The position numbers and the translations under genes were made by a program. Below, one piece after another: positions 27,690-36,571 of a stretch of DNA of 64,000 nt. The stretch's first letter is position 1; every line of letters begins with the position of its first letter. Origin of the DNA: Myxococcota bacterium (lineage in GTDB: Bacteria; Myxococcota; Kuafuiibacteriia; Kuafuiibacteriales; Kuafuiibacteriaceae); assembly GCA_036337945.1 (NCBI GenBank), contig JAYZDF010000104.1, forward strand, positions 15,401 through 79,400. Direction: 5' to 3'. The notes beneath the pieces were generated by a model, which searched no databases, was not told the DNA's origin, and worked only from the letters and a program-made list of their open reading frames with translations.

Positions 27690-28871
27690 CTAGGAATCGT
27701 CGTCGAAGTGCATTTTGATATCGGGTCCCATCCTTGCAAGCATATGTTTTTTCAAGCGTTTTTTGAGTGCACTGACAATCTGCCCCATTCGCTGTTTGGA
27801 TACGCCGAACCGCTCGCCCAGGACGGACAAAGAGAGAGGTTCTTCGGCTGTCATATGTTCCAGAAAAATCGCACGTTCCCGATCGTCTTTAAGGGTTTCT
27901 TCGAAAAGCTTGAAGGACTCGGCGACATTTTCAGCGAAAGCTTTTTCGTGCACCGCCGACTCGGGGCTCGCTTCCGCGCCCGACAACAAATCCATCATTG
28001 TCTGCTTGCTGTCACCATCACGGGACAGCGGAACATCGAGGCGAACTTCAGGCTGATCTAAATGAGGCGCTACTTCGTGAATGTCTGATTCGGAAACACC
28101 AATTTTTTCCGCAAGAAGTTTGGGCCCGGGTTCAATGCCCAGTGCTCGAAGCTTCTCTCGTTCTTTTGACAGCCGAAAAAACAATTTACGGCCCGCACGA
28201 GTCCTCGCGACCTTAACATTTCGGGAGTGCTCAAGAATAAAACGCAGCAGATACGCACGAATCCAAAAAGCCGCGTACGTCGAAAACCTAGCGCCCTTAT
28301 ATGGATTATATCGACTAATCGCCTCGAGCAGTCCAATATTCCCTTCTTGAATCAAGTCCAGAGTATTAGACCAAGCGCGGCGATACTTATAAGCCATCTT
28401 CACGACCAAGCGGAGGTTATGAACCGCGAGCGCTTGGGCTGCTTGCTTGTCTTCTTCTTCGAAAACGCGAATCGCCAGCGCGCGCTCGTCTTCCAACGAT
28501 AAGACGGGATATTGCCCTATCGTCTGCATATAGGCCTGAAGAGGACCTACTCGACTGACCGCACTGCTCGACCTGGAAACGGGGAGACTCAATCCCCGCT
28601 TTGTCACCGCGTCCGCACGGCCCACATCGTAGACCGGACCATCTTGTTCAAGCGTCGTCGCGCGAGATAAGGTCCCCGACACCGCCCCATCTTCACCGGC
28701 AATCGCGATCGGTGAAACAGGTCCGCTCACGCTGGTCATTGCATCGGGCGAGTAGTACTCACTTGGTAACAGGATCTCGGGATCTGTCTCTTTTGCCGCA
28801 TCTTGTGAGATTACTTCGGTCAGCTTAGATTTGGCCTTAGATTGAGCCTTGGGCTTACTTTCATTAGACAT
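27690..28871 (-). CDS. RpoH-like (sigma-32 family) RNA polymerase sigma factor with an N-terminal extension of about 110 aa
   Basis: Region 2 reads DLIQEGNIGLLEAISRYNPYKGARFSTYAAFWIRAY. An RpoH-box-like AGRKLFFRLSKE is present. The region 4.2 HTH is LSVLGERFGVSKQRMGQIVSALKK. Confidence 0.8.
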   Translation of the reverse strand: MSNESKPKAQSKAKSKLTEVISQDAAKETDPEILLPSEYYSPDAMTSVSGPVSPIAIAGEDGAVSGTLSRATTLEQDGPVYDVGRADAVTKRGLSLPVSRSSSAVSRVGPLQAYMQTIGQYPVLSLEDERALAIRVFEEEDKQAAQALAVHNLRLVVKMAYKYRRAWSNTLDLIQEGNIGLLEAISRYNPYKGARFSTYAAFWIRAYLLRFILEHSRNVKVARTRAGRKLFFRLSKEREKLRALGIEPGPKLLAEKIGVSESDIHEVAPHLDQPEVRLDVPLSRDGDSKQTMMDLLSGAEASPESAVHEKAFAENVAESFKLFEETLKDDRERAIFLEHMTAEEPLSLSVLGERFGVSKQRMGQIVSALKKRLKKHMLARMGPDIKMHFDDDS

Positions 28872-28910
28872 CGCGTCTTCGCCGATCGCAGTGTGCGTGC
28901 ATTTACAAAT

Positions 28911-29255
28911 CTAGGCTAGTTCTTCGAGATAAACGTCTTCGTTAAATCCGACTAAGACCAATTTTTTCGACCGTATACAGGGTGCACGAAGGTTTCCTGT
29001 GGGTCCTAACATGGCGTCCACAGCGTCTTCAGTCACACCCTCTTTACCAATTTCGAACGTTCGTACCTTCTTGCCTTTGGCAACAATCATCTTCTTCGCT
29101 TGTTCAGCAATCTGAGTCGCATCTTCACGACCCAGCTTCGCGGAAGCCTTTACAATTTCCGCGGGCTCAATGTTTTGGGCTTCCATAAACTTGGAAGCTT
29201 TGGTGCAGCTCGTTCAACCGTTACGGTGGTAATACCATTCTACTTTTGCGCTCAT
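28911..29255 (-). CDS. ArsC/Spx-family thioredoxin-fold protein with in-frame TGA (candidate selenocysteine, U-T-S-C motif)
   Basis: My own translation from the ATG at 29255 gives MSAKVEWYYHRNG-[TGA at 29214..29216]-TSCTKASKFMEAQNIEP...NLRAPCIRSKKLVLVGFNEDVYLEELA. The TGA sits at the first Cys position of the family CxxC. The C-terminus resembles the Spx/ArsC block (LLRRPII...VGYNEDE). A hairpin follows the TGA. The track lists only the 3' part (28911..29186). Confidence 0.6.
29179..29198 (-). promoter_or_regulatory. putative bacterial SECIS hairpin
   Basis: On the mRNA the sequence is GCUUCCA-AGUUUA-UGGAAGC: a perfect 7-bp stem and a 6-nt loop with GU. The stem starts 15 nt 3' of the in-frame UGA. 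The ATG used by the track ORF lies inside this hairpin. Confidence 0.5.
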
Positions 29256-29307
29256 AGCCCTGTGATCCAACCATAAAGTACGAAAAGAACCCAGTGCTAA
29301 ATCAAAA

Positions 29308-30072
29308 TTACAGTTGCATCGCGGCTCGCTCAGCCACTTCCGCTAGGAATCCAGACGAATTGAAGAATTGAAATTGAAACCGCCCCAGAATAAGAACATC
29401 GAGGTTCTGAATTTCCATAACAGCACCTTTTTCAAGCTGAGTTCCGTTGACGTAAGTGCCATTCAGAGACTGAATATCAGATACCATGACTTTTCGATCG
29501 ACCGTCTCAAATTGACAATGATGCTGAGAAATCGCGAATTCTGGGACAACAACATCGTTAGACTGCGCTCGACCAATCCGAACAACACCAGGCGTTCCAT
29601 GGATAGGGCTGGCTTTTAGTTCCCAAACACGCCCCGCACTGCCAGGGGTTCCATCTGCGGCGACATCAACGGTATCAAGCTCGACGGAGCGGGTCATTCT
29701 AGCACCCGCCCGATTGTCGCCAGTTAGGTCAGCTAACAGCCCAATACCTACAAGAAAAGAGTTTGGGAAATATGCCTGAAAGTGAGCATTCCCCATTTTA
29801 TTCAGGAGCTTAACGTAATGCCGAACATAGAGAAGCTCCATATTCGGGGTGAACTCAGATTTCGGACGACCAGGACGCCTAATTTCTTTGCGCGGCACAA
29901 TCACATTGCCACCCAAAGCAACATTTTCAGCATCAACATCGGGAGGTGGTACTGCGACGGTCGGTCGGGGCTGAACCTTTATCCCGTCCTTTGACGTCGT
30001 CGACAAATTCTGGGAGCCGGACTTCGAAGAAGTGGCCGGTTTCTTCGATTTCTTTTTTGAAAACCAAGCCAT
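29308..30072 (-). CDS. FHA domain-containing protein
   Basis: C-terminal FHA domain: VVRIGRAQSNDVVVPEFAISQHHCQFETVDRKVMVSDIQSLNGTYVNG. The basic N-terminus is MAWFSKKKSKK. I prefer the ATG at 30072 to the track's upstream non-ATG start at 30201. Confidence 0.75.
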   Translation of the reverse strand: MAWFSKKKSKKPATSSKSGSQNLSTTSKDGIKVQPRPTVAVPPPDVDAENVALGGNVIVPRKEIRRPGRPKSEFTPNMELLYVRHYVKLLNKMGNAHFQAYFPNSFLVGIGLLADLTGDNRAGARMTRSVELDTVDVAADGTPGSAGRVWELKASPIHGTPGVVRIGRAQSNDVVVPEFAISQHHCQFETVDRKVMVSDIQSLNGTYVNGTQLEKGAVMEIQNLDVLILGRFQFQFFNSSGFLAEVAERAAMQL

Positions 30073-30340
30073 GTCCCGAAGGTATCGTAAAAACACGACC
30101 ATCGGCAAATTTTGAGCACCAGGAAGGTTCAAGTTTACCCCGAATACCTCACTGAGGGAGCAAAGCTGTCGATAAGAGTAAGAATTAGCCCCAAAAAACA
30201 CCCGTTGCAGGGGCTTCTATGGTTGCTCTTGGCGAAGGGTTTTTATAAATCATTTCGAGGATTACTTCAGCTGCCGAGCCTCCACTAAATTGAAGCCGCT
30301 ATGCCAGCTATGATCCTCGAAGGGACCACCCGCAGAAGCT

Positions 30341-32011
30341 ATGAATCGCCAACTGATCGCCAAACTTGGACTCACAATCGCAGTCATTACTCCTCTTACA
30401 TGCGGAGAAGACACTCAGGAAGCTGCCGACAATTTCCCATCCACATTTTGTCCGGGTCAATCGCTATGTCTCGATGAGGGAAACGGCACCTTTTTCGCGG
30501 GCTCAGCAAAAACAGTCATTACCGCGCCGCTCAAAGAGTCACTAACCACCGATATTGATGGCGATGCTCAATACGACCCCATCGATGGTGACGAATTTGA
30601 TGACGCCAATGCTAATGGGACATTCGATGGAACTTGGATGGCTGGCTTTGGGAACGCACGAGCAGCCAAAAGCGTCTTAGACGCACAGTGGGCACGAGTC
30701 GTCGCGCTTCGGCAAAATGAAACCTTAATCGTTCTCGTTGCCATTGACGTCGTTGGTTATTTCTTCGACGAAGTTGCCGCCATTCGAGAAGCCGTCTCGG
30801 ATTTGGGCATTGACCACCTTTCGATCAGCGCAACCCATACTCATGAAGCCGCCGATACCGTCGGAATCTGGGGACTCACTGAGGACGAGTCAGGCGTGGA
30901 CCCAGAGTATATGGCCTACGTACGCAGACAAATTGAAACAGGAATACGGCAAGCAGTCGCGAACCAAAAAGAATCGCACGTTCGGCGCGTCAATCTGAGA
31001 ACACGTGACCTTCCCGGTGGAATGATTCAGTATCAAAGTGACACCCGAGACCCACAAATTATCGATGACGAAATTCGCGTATTACAATTTATCGACCAGC
31101 AAGACCAAACCATTGCGACCCTGCTCAATTGGGGCTCACACCCTGAATACCTAGGTGACGAAAACGATGCGCTCTCCAGTGACTTTCCGCATTGGTTTCG
31201 TGAAGGTATCGAAAACGGTGGTAAAGGACCGGGTGATGAGCAGTTCCAAGGTGTCGGTGGAATCGCGGTATTTGTAACCGGGGCCCTTGGTAGCCAAATT
31301 GGTCCAGGAACCGCAAAACTTAGGACCTGGGACAACGAGCCGATTGCGAAGTACTCACCGATCGCCGCAGAAATCCTGGGCACTCAGCTTGCCTATTATT
31401 CGCTGAAACAACTTCAGGATGACTCCGTCGCAACCTTGGAGAACAATCCCCAACTTGGATTTGCGCGTGAAATCTTTTTTATCGATATTCAAAACCGGGC
31501 CTATCATACCGCGATTCTCAAAAAGCTTTTCGACCGTCAAACCTACAACTGGGATGACGAATACACACTTCGCCCGGGAGAAAATGAACCTGACATTCAA
31601 ACAGAAGTCGCGATCATTGACATTGGAGCAACTCAAATCATCACGGTCCCAGGAGAACTAGACCCGGCTCTTTTTGTTGGTGGTTACGACGGAAGTTACA
31701 CGCCAAAAGGAGAAATGCTCGTTGATACAAGCACCCGCGTAAAAAATCCTCCTGAACTGGACAAAGCACCCGCAGGCCCGTACTTGCGTGACCTGGCACG
31801 CGAAGAGGCCACGCAAGTCATGTTGTTCGGGCTCACGAACGATATGCTTGGCTACTTTGTTCCAGAGTTCGACTACAAGCTTCACCCTTTCAACCCGTAT
31901 TTTGACGAAGCAGAAGGCGATCACTACGAAGAAACGAACTCTGTCGGTATAGACGGATGGCCTCTCATCAAAAGTAAACTCACTTCACTACTCACGTGGA
32001 GAAGACAATAA
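30341..32011 (+). CDS. secreted hydrolase, neutral/alkaline ceramidase N-terminal-domain-like
   Basis: N-terminal signal-like segment. The block DAQWARVVALRQNETLIVLVAIDVVGYFFDEV...IDHLSISATHTHEAADTVG follows the ceramidase pattern (WARAFV...LVYVNTDLGM...MLAATHTHSGPGG in the Pseudomonas enzyme, from memory). Confidence 0.4.
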   Translation: MNRQLIAKLGLTIAVITPLTCGEDTQEAADNFPSTFCPGQSLCLDEGNGTFFAGSAKTVITAPLKESLTTDIDGDAQYDPIDGDEFDDANANGTFDGTWMAGFGNARAAKSVLDAQWARVVALRQNETLIVLVAIDVVGYFFDEVAAIREAVSDLGIDHLSISATHTHEAADTVGIWGLTEDESGVDPEYMAYVRRQIETGIRQAVANQKESHVRRVNLRTRDLPGGMIQYQSDTRDPQIIDDEIRVLQFIDQQDQTIATLLNWGSHPEYLGDENDALSSDFPHWFREGIENGGKGPGDEQFQGVGGIAVFVTGALGSQIGPGTAKLRTWDNEPIAKYSPIAAEILGTQLAYYSLKQLQDDSVATLENNPQLGFAREIFFIDIQNRAYHTAILKKLFDRQTYNWDDEYTLRPGENEPDIQTEVAIIDIGATQIITVPGELDPALFVGGYDGSYTPKGEMLVDTSTRVKNPPELDKAPAGPYLRDLAREEATQVMLFGLTNDMLGYFVPEFDYKLHPFNPYFDEAEGDHYEETNSVGIDGWPLIKSKLTSLLTWRRQ

Positions 32012-32025
32012 ACAAGGACAAGATA

Positions 32026-32970
32026 ATGAAAAAAATACTGATCTCAATTCTGGTAGGCGCTTTGGCCTACGCGTGTGGCGGCGAAGAAAAAGCGGATACG
32101 GATGGCGGTGACATGAACATGACCATGAATACGCCAACAACAAAGCGACTGCCGATTGCAACTCGGGGTACCATTCAAAGCCCCGATTCTGAAGATGCCA
32201 ATTTCAACTGTCTCGGAATGAAACCCGTTCCAACGTCCACAGCGATGGCGGCTGATTTTTCACTTGAGATCAAGGATTTTGAAGACGATTTCTATACAGA
32301 AGGCCTCCGTGTTCAAGTCTTCGCAAACAACAAAATTGATCTCGACAAATGTGAAGCGCCTAATTGTGTCGAAGGGATGACGAACGCTAATGGCATTGTA
32401 GAAATGAGTAGTGCACGCGCGGTCCCTGGTAGCTGGTATGCTTACCGAGTCTTCGCCAAAATGGGAACGACTCGAGACAATACCGCTGTCGACTCCGTGC
32501 AATTCAACGAGATTGCGCCCAAAGCCGGCGGTTCGATTGATGGCATTAGCGTTTCTATTCGTACGCTTGATCTCATTCCAACTGTTCTTGGATTCAATCG
32601 TGCACCAGGCACGTCCATTGTTGCGGGCAGCATTGTGGACTGTGATGGTAAAGATGTCTATGGAACTCGAGTACGCATGTACGACGTAGACGGCACTGAA
32701 ATCGTAGAGGGACTCAAACAGAGCGAACCCCACTTTCGGTATTTCGATGGCGATTCATTTCCAAGTGCAACTCAAGAGTTTAGTCACGTCGATGGACTCT
32801 TTGCGGGTGCGAACCTGCCAATTCCTAACGGGACGTCGAGAGAAATTCGAATCGACATTGAAGGGCGTCTCGTTGGAGACAGCGAACCACAACTTCTTGC
32901 CCGCGCGAACGCGGCTATTTTTCCAGATACTGTCACCATTATTAATCTCCAGCCTCTGTACGCAGAATAA
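32026..32970 (+). CDS. hypothetical lipoprotein
   Basis: MKKILISILVGALAYACGG is a signal plus Cys. An AAGGA sequence lies upstream of the ATG at 32026. The track's start at 31996 would overlap the preceding gene. Confidence 0.55.
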   Translation: MKKILISILVGALAYACGGEEKADTDGGDMNMTMNTPTTKRLPIATRGTIQSPDSEDANFNCLGMKPVPTSTAMAADFSLEIKDFEDDFYTEGLRVQVFANNKIDLDKCEAPNCVEGMTNANGIVEMSSARAVPGSWYAYRVFAKMGTTRDNTAVDSVQFNEIAPKAGGSIDGISVSIRTLDLIPTVLGFNRAPGTSIVAGSIVDCDGKDVYGTRVRMYDVDGTEIVEGLKQSEPHFRYFDGDSFPSATQEFSHVDGLFAGANLPIPNGTSREIRIDIEGRLVGDSEPQLLARANAAIFPDTVTIINLQPLYAE

Positions 32971-33035
32971 CGCTCACGAGACTTATCATGCGGACGTCAA
33001 CCGAACGGTCCGTGAGTGCTTTCGAGGAGAAAGCT

Positions 33036-34637
33036 ATGACACCTAAAAACTTACCCATTGGGCTGGTACTGCTTGCCTGCTCATTATCTCCCCAGATAAG
33101 TCGCGCAGAAACGACCTCATCAACCGTGACCAAAGGCTCGTTTATTCACTACGATTTTGGCGGATATTACCGACTTCGCACACAATGGATTCAAGGACTT
33201 CCCACGCTCAACCCCGATGTGTTCGCCGTCGACCGAACAGATTTAGCGTCAAAAGCTGATTTTGCTTTCATGCGTTTACGATTGAACCCGAGCATAAGCT
33301 TCGGACGAGATAAAAACAGGCCCATTGCGAAGCTCAACTTTCAAATCGACGGCTTCGATAATGTCGTTCTCGGAGATAACGATTTGCTGGCCGACACACC
33401 TGTTTTTGGTGATCAACCGAGTAATACGGATATTCTTGGTGTGGACATCGATTCAGTCAATTTGAGACGCGCATGGATTGAATTTATGATTCCGGTCGGA
33501 CAACTCCGCATTGGACGAATGGGAACCCAATGGGGACTTGGCTTACTGGTGAATGACGGAAATGGGCTCGAGGGCGATTTTGGTGATGCCCGGTTTGGAA
33601 CCACTAACGATCGTATCCTGTTTGCGACTCGTCCACTCACGATCTTCAATGCGATTGTCAACGATGACCGAAGTGAGACCCCTCTGATTTTTGTGGTCGC
33701 CTACGACAAAATTGTCGAAGACCCTTTTTTGGATCGCTCCGATTTCCGATTCACCGACAGTATGGACGCTCGTAAAGAACTCCCATTTAGTCGATTCGTG
33801 CGGCACTATGATGATGTTCAACAGGTGGTTTTCGCGCTGGTTTGGAACGATAAAAAGCCAAGCTTTGGGCAACTTGGCGACCAACTTACGGCCGGCGTGC
33901 AAGGGACAAAAAGATGGCAAGAAAGCAGTGAATCGAGCGTGCTGATCTACGATATGTATTGGCGCTTCAAGTATTCTGCTTTTGGAGCTTCAGGCCCTCG
34001 TCTCATCACGGAAGCGGAGCTACTGACCATCCAAGGTCAAAGTCGAGCGATTTCAGCAGGGACCTTGACTGAACCCGATGTCTACAATGGAGTGATTCGC
34101 GTTGGGGCAGAAGCGACTTCCTGGGACGCTATTTTTGAAGTAGGTTCCGCCAGCGGCGACGCAGTGATTGCAGATGGTGATTTTACCAGTCGAGCTTTTA
34201 ATCCTGATTACCGACTGGGTCTCGTCATGTTTCCTATTGTTATGCAGGCGCGAACAGCGCATCAGTTTCAAGATAATCCAGCGCTGTGGTCAAAAGGTGG
34301 CGTGTATAACGCCAACTATTTGTTTCCACACGCTCGCTATCGACCGACAGAGAATCTTGAGTTCGTAGGCGCATTACTTCTAGCCTGGGCTGATCAGTTA
34401 ACCCCGGTGATCGGAGGAAGTCAGCGAGACGACGGGAGTGTCGAGTGTGGGCTTTTCGATTCCGATTGTGCGCTCGGCTGGGAATTGGATGCCGCTATGA
34501 AGGTCAAGTGGGGAGAAGAGGATCTCATGCGATGGAGTACAGAATTTGGTCTCATGTCACCAGGAAAGGCGCTTGAGACGGTCATTCAAAAGGACCTCAT
34601 TTGGACGCTTCAAAGTCGAATTGGATTGGTGTGGTGA
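33036..34637 (+). CDS. putative outer-membrane beta-barrel (porin-like) protein
   Basis: Signal peptide MTPKNLPIGLVLLACSLSPQISRAET, preceded by GAGGAGA. The sequence shows an alternating amphipathic pattern, with LRRAWIEFMIPVGQLRIGRMGTQWGLGLLVNDG. The C-terminal aromatic ending ...SRIGLVW looks like an OMP beta-signal. Confidence 0.45.
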   Translation: MTPKNLPIGLVLLACSLSPQISRAETTSSTVTKGSFIHYDFGGYYRLRTQWIQGLPTLNPDVFAVDRTDLASKADFAFMRLRLNPSISFGRDKNRPIAKLNFQIDGFDNVVLGDNDLLADTPVFGDQPSNTDILGVDIDSVNLRRAWIEFMIPVGQLRIGRMGTQWGLGLLVNDGNGLEGDFGDARFGTTNDRILFATRPLTIFNAIVNDDRSETPLIFVVAYDKIVEDPFLDRSDFRFTDSMDARKELPFSRFVRHYDDVQQVVFALVWNDKKPSFGQLGDQLTAGVQGTKRWQESSESSVLIYDMYWRFKYSAFGASGPRLITEAELLTIQGQSRAISAGTLTEPDVYNGVIRVGAEATSWDAIFEVGSASGDAVIADGDFTSRAFNPDYRLGLVMFPIVMQARTAHQFQDNPALWSKGGVYNANYLFPHARYRPTENLEFVGALLLAWADQLTPVIGGSQRDDGSVECGLFDSDCALGWELDAAMKVKWGEEDLMRWSTEFGLMSPGKALETVIQKDLIWTLQSRIGLVW

Positions 34638-34642
34638 TCATT

Positions 34643-36571
34643 ATGAGCAAATTGAAAAACTTTTTAGTCTTGAGCGCACTGCCTCTTTTGGCGTGTAGCG
34701 AAACGATCGAGCTTTCCGCGCAGGACACGAACTGCGAGAACGTGAACCCGCTACATTGCCTAATGCCCTGGCCTTCAAGTCGATTCTTAATTGATGATGA
34801 AACGACCAAAACCGGAAAACGAATAAACATTCCTCAAGAAGCTATGCCCGCTAATCAATGGGGAGAGGAAGTTGCGGCAGCAGATTTCAATCGTTTCGAT
34901 GGATTCAGTCCCATGACATCAATGATGACCGTGTTTGATGGTGAACTTGATACCTCCTCGCTTCCGCCTGAAAACAACCTCCCGAAAAGTATTACCGATG
35001 AAAGCCCAACAATCCTTGTTGATGCAGTCACAAAAAAACGCGTTGGACATTTTTCGGAGATCAATGAGTGGGAAGGCACTGATTTTTCGAAAGCGGCCTT
35101 CTATATCCGTCCCGCTGCTCGCCTCAAAGAGGGACACCGTTACATCGTCGCGGTGCGTGAGCTAAAGAAAAAAGATGGCACCCCCGTACCCCCTTCAGAA
35201 TACTTTCGGGCGCTACGAGACGATATCAAATCGAACTCGGACGAACTTGAAGCACGTAGAGAAAACTTTGAAGACATCTTCTCTATCCTTGCTGAGGCGG
35301 GTGTACCACGTGAAAACCTCATTCAAGCCTGGGACTTTGAAACCGCGTCTGGAGAGACCGCCCATCGGGACATCCTTCATATGAGGGACCAAGCGATGAT
35401 GGCAGTTGGGGCCGAGGGTCTTGGATGTACGATTGAGGAAATCGAAGAAGATCCGGCTCACGAGACCATTCTTCGCCGAGTTCGCGGAACCTTTACCGTT
35501 CCCTTATATCTAGAAAACGACCAACCAGGTGCTCGACTCATGAGAGGAGACGATGGCCTCCCAAAGCAAAACGGCACCGCTCAGGCCCGTTTTCAAATGA
35601 TCATTCCGAAAAGCATCAAAACACGACTCAACGAAAACCGAGGAGGCGGGCGACTGCTGACCTACGGTCATGGCCTTATGGGTAGCTACAATGAAGTTGG
35701 CAGTAGTTTTCAACGTGCCTTCCTAAATCGGTTCGAAATTGTCGGAATCGCAACAGACTGGTGGGGCATGTATGAAGAAGACGTCAATAATGTCGCCAAA
35801 GCACTAGGACAGTTGGGACGATTTCCTACGGTATCCGAAAGACTCACCCAAGGGGTCATTAATAACCTCGTCATGACTCGAACGATTGCCGGTGCCTGCG
35901 CCGACATGGACGAATTTAAGGTAGACGGCAAACGAGTATTTGAACCTGAAGAAAAATACTTTTTGGGCATCAGCCAAGGTTCAATTATGGGGACAACCGT
36001 TGCGGGCCTCTCTCAGGATATCAAAAAGTTTATTCTAAACGTGGGTGGTATTTCATACCCAATCATGATCATCCGTTCTGTTGATTTTCCCGATTACAAC
36101 AAAGTCATTCAGGCCTGGTACCCCGATAAGCTCGATACAGATCTTTTGATGGTAATGATCGCTTCACACTGGGACCAAGCGGAACCAGCTACATTTGCTC
36201 CGCATCTCATAAAGAATCCACTTCCCAACACGCCCGCGAAAAATATTTTGTATACGACCGGCCGTTACGACGCTCAGGTTCCCAATATCGCTTCAGACAT
36301 TGCGGCCAGGACCATCGGACTTCCATACATGAGTCCGTCGGTTTATGACGTTTGGAATCTTGAAAGTACGACGGGGCCCGCTGATTCGGCCTACGTCATT
36401 TACGATGTGGGTGCAGATCCTGTGCCGCTAGGTAGCCGCGCCGCCGAAGAAGACAACGTCGCGCACGAAGCCGTTCGACGAGCAGAAAAAGCACAACTTC
36501 AAATGGATGCATTTATGCGGCCGGACGGAAAAGTGGAAAACTTTTGCGACGGCGCTTGCGACCCCGACTAG
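34643..36571 (+). CDS. lipoprotein with alpha/beta-hydrolase-like nucleophile elbow
   Basis: MSKLKNFLVLSALPLLAC has a canonical lipobox. The start lies 5 nt after the previous stop. Motifs YGHGLMGS and GISQGS (GxSxG) are present. Confidence 0.5.
   Translation: MSKLKNFLVLSALPLLACSETIELSAQDTNCENVNPLHCLMPWPSSRFLIDDETTKTGKRINIPQEAMPANQWGEEVAAADFNRFDGFSPMTSMMTVFDGELDTSSLPPENNLPKSITDESPTILVDAVTKKRVGHFSEINEWEGTDFSKAAFYIRPAARLKEGHRYIVAVRELKKKDGTPVPPSEYFRALRDDIKSNSDELEARRENFEDIFSILAEAGVPRENLIQAWDFETASGETAHRDILHMRDQAMMAVGAEGLGCTIEEIEEDPAHETILRRVRGTFTVPLYLENDQPGARLMRGDDGLPKQNGTAQARFQMIIPKSIKTRLNENRGGGRLLTYGHGLMGSYNEVGSSFQRAFLNRFEIVGIATDWWGMYEEDVNNVAKALGQLGRFPTVSERLTQGVINNLVMTRTIAGACADMDEFKVDGKRVFEPEEKYFLGISQGSIMGTTVAGLSQDIKKFILNVGGISYPIMIIRSVDFPDYNKVIQAWYPDKLDTDLLMVMIASHWDQAEPATFAPHLIKNPLPNTPAKNILYTTGRYDAQVPNIASDIAARTIGLPYMSPSVYDVWNLESTTGPADSAYVIYDVGADPVPLGSRAAEEDNVAHEAVRRAEKAQLQMDAFMRPDGKVENFCDGACDPD

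Noticed and set aside
28911-29186. The track's 91-aa ORF starting at MEAQNIEP, taken as the complete gene
   Set aside because: Its ATG lies inside a 7-bp hairpin and has no SD sequence. The product would lack the beta1-CxxC-alpha1 part of the ArsC/Spx fold. The same frame stays open upstream except for one TGA, back to an ATG at 29255. The Sec-extended model is preferred, but a pseudogene or a sequencing error at the TGA cannot be excluded without reads or sel genes.
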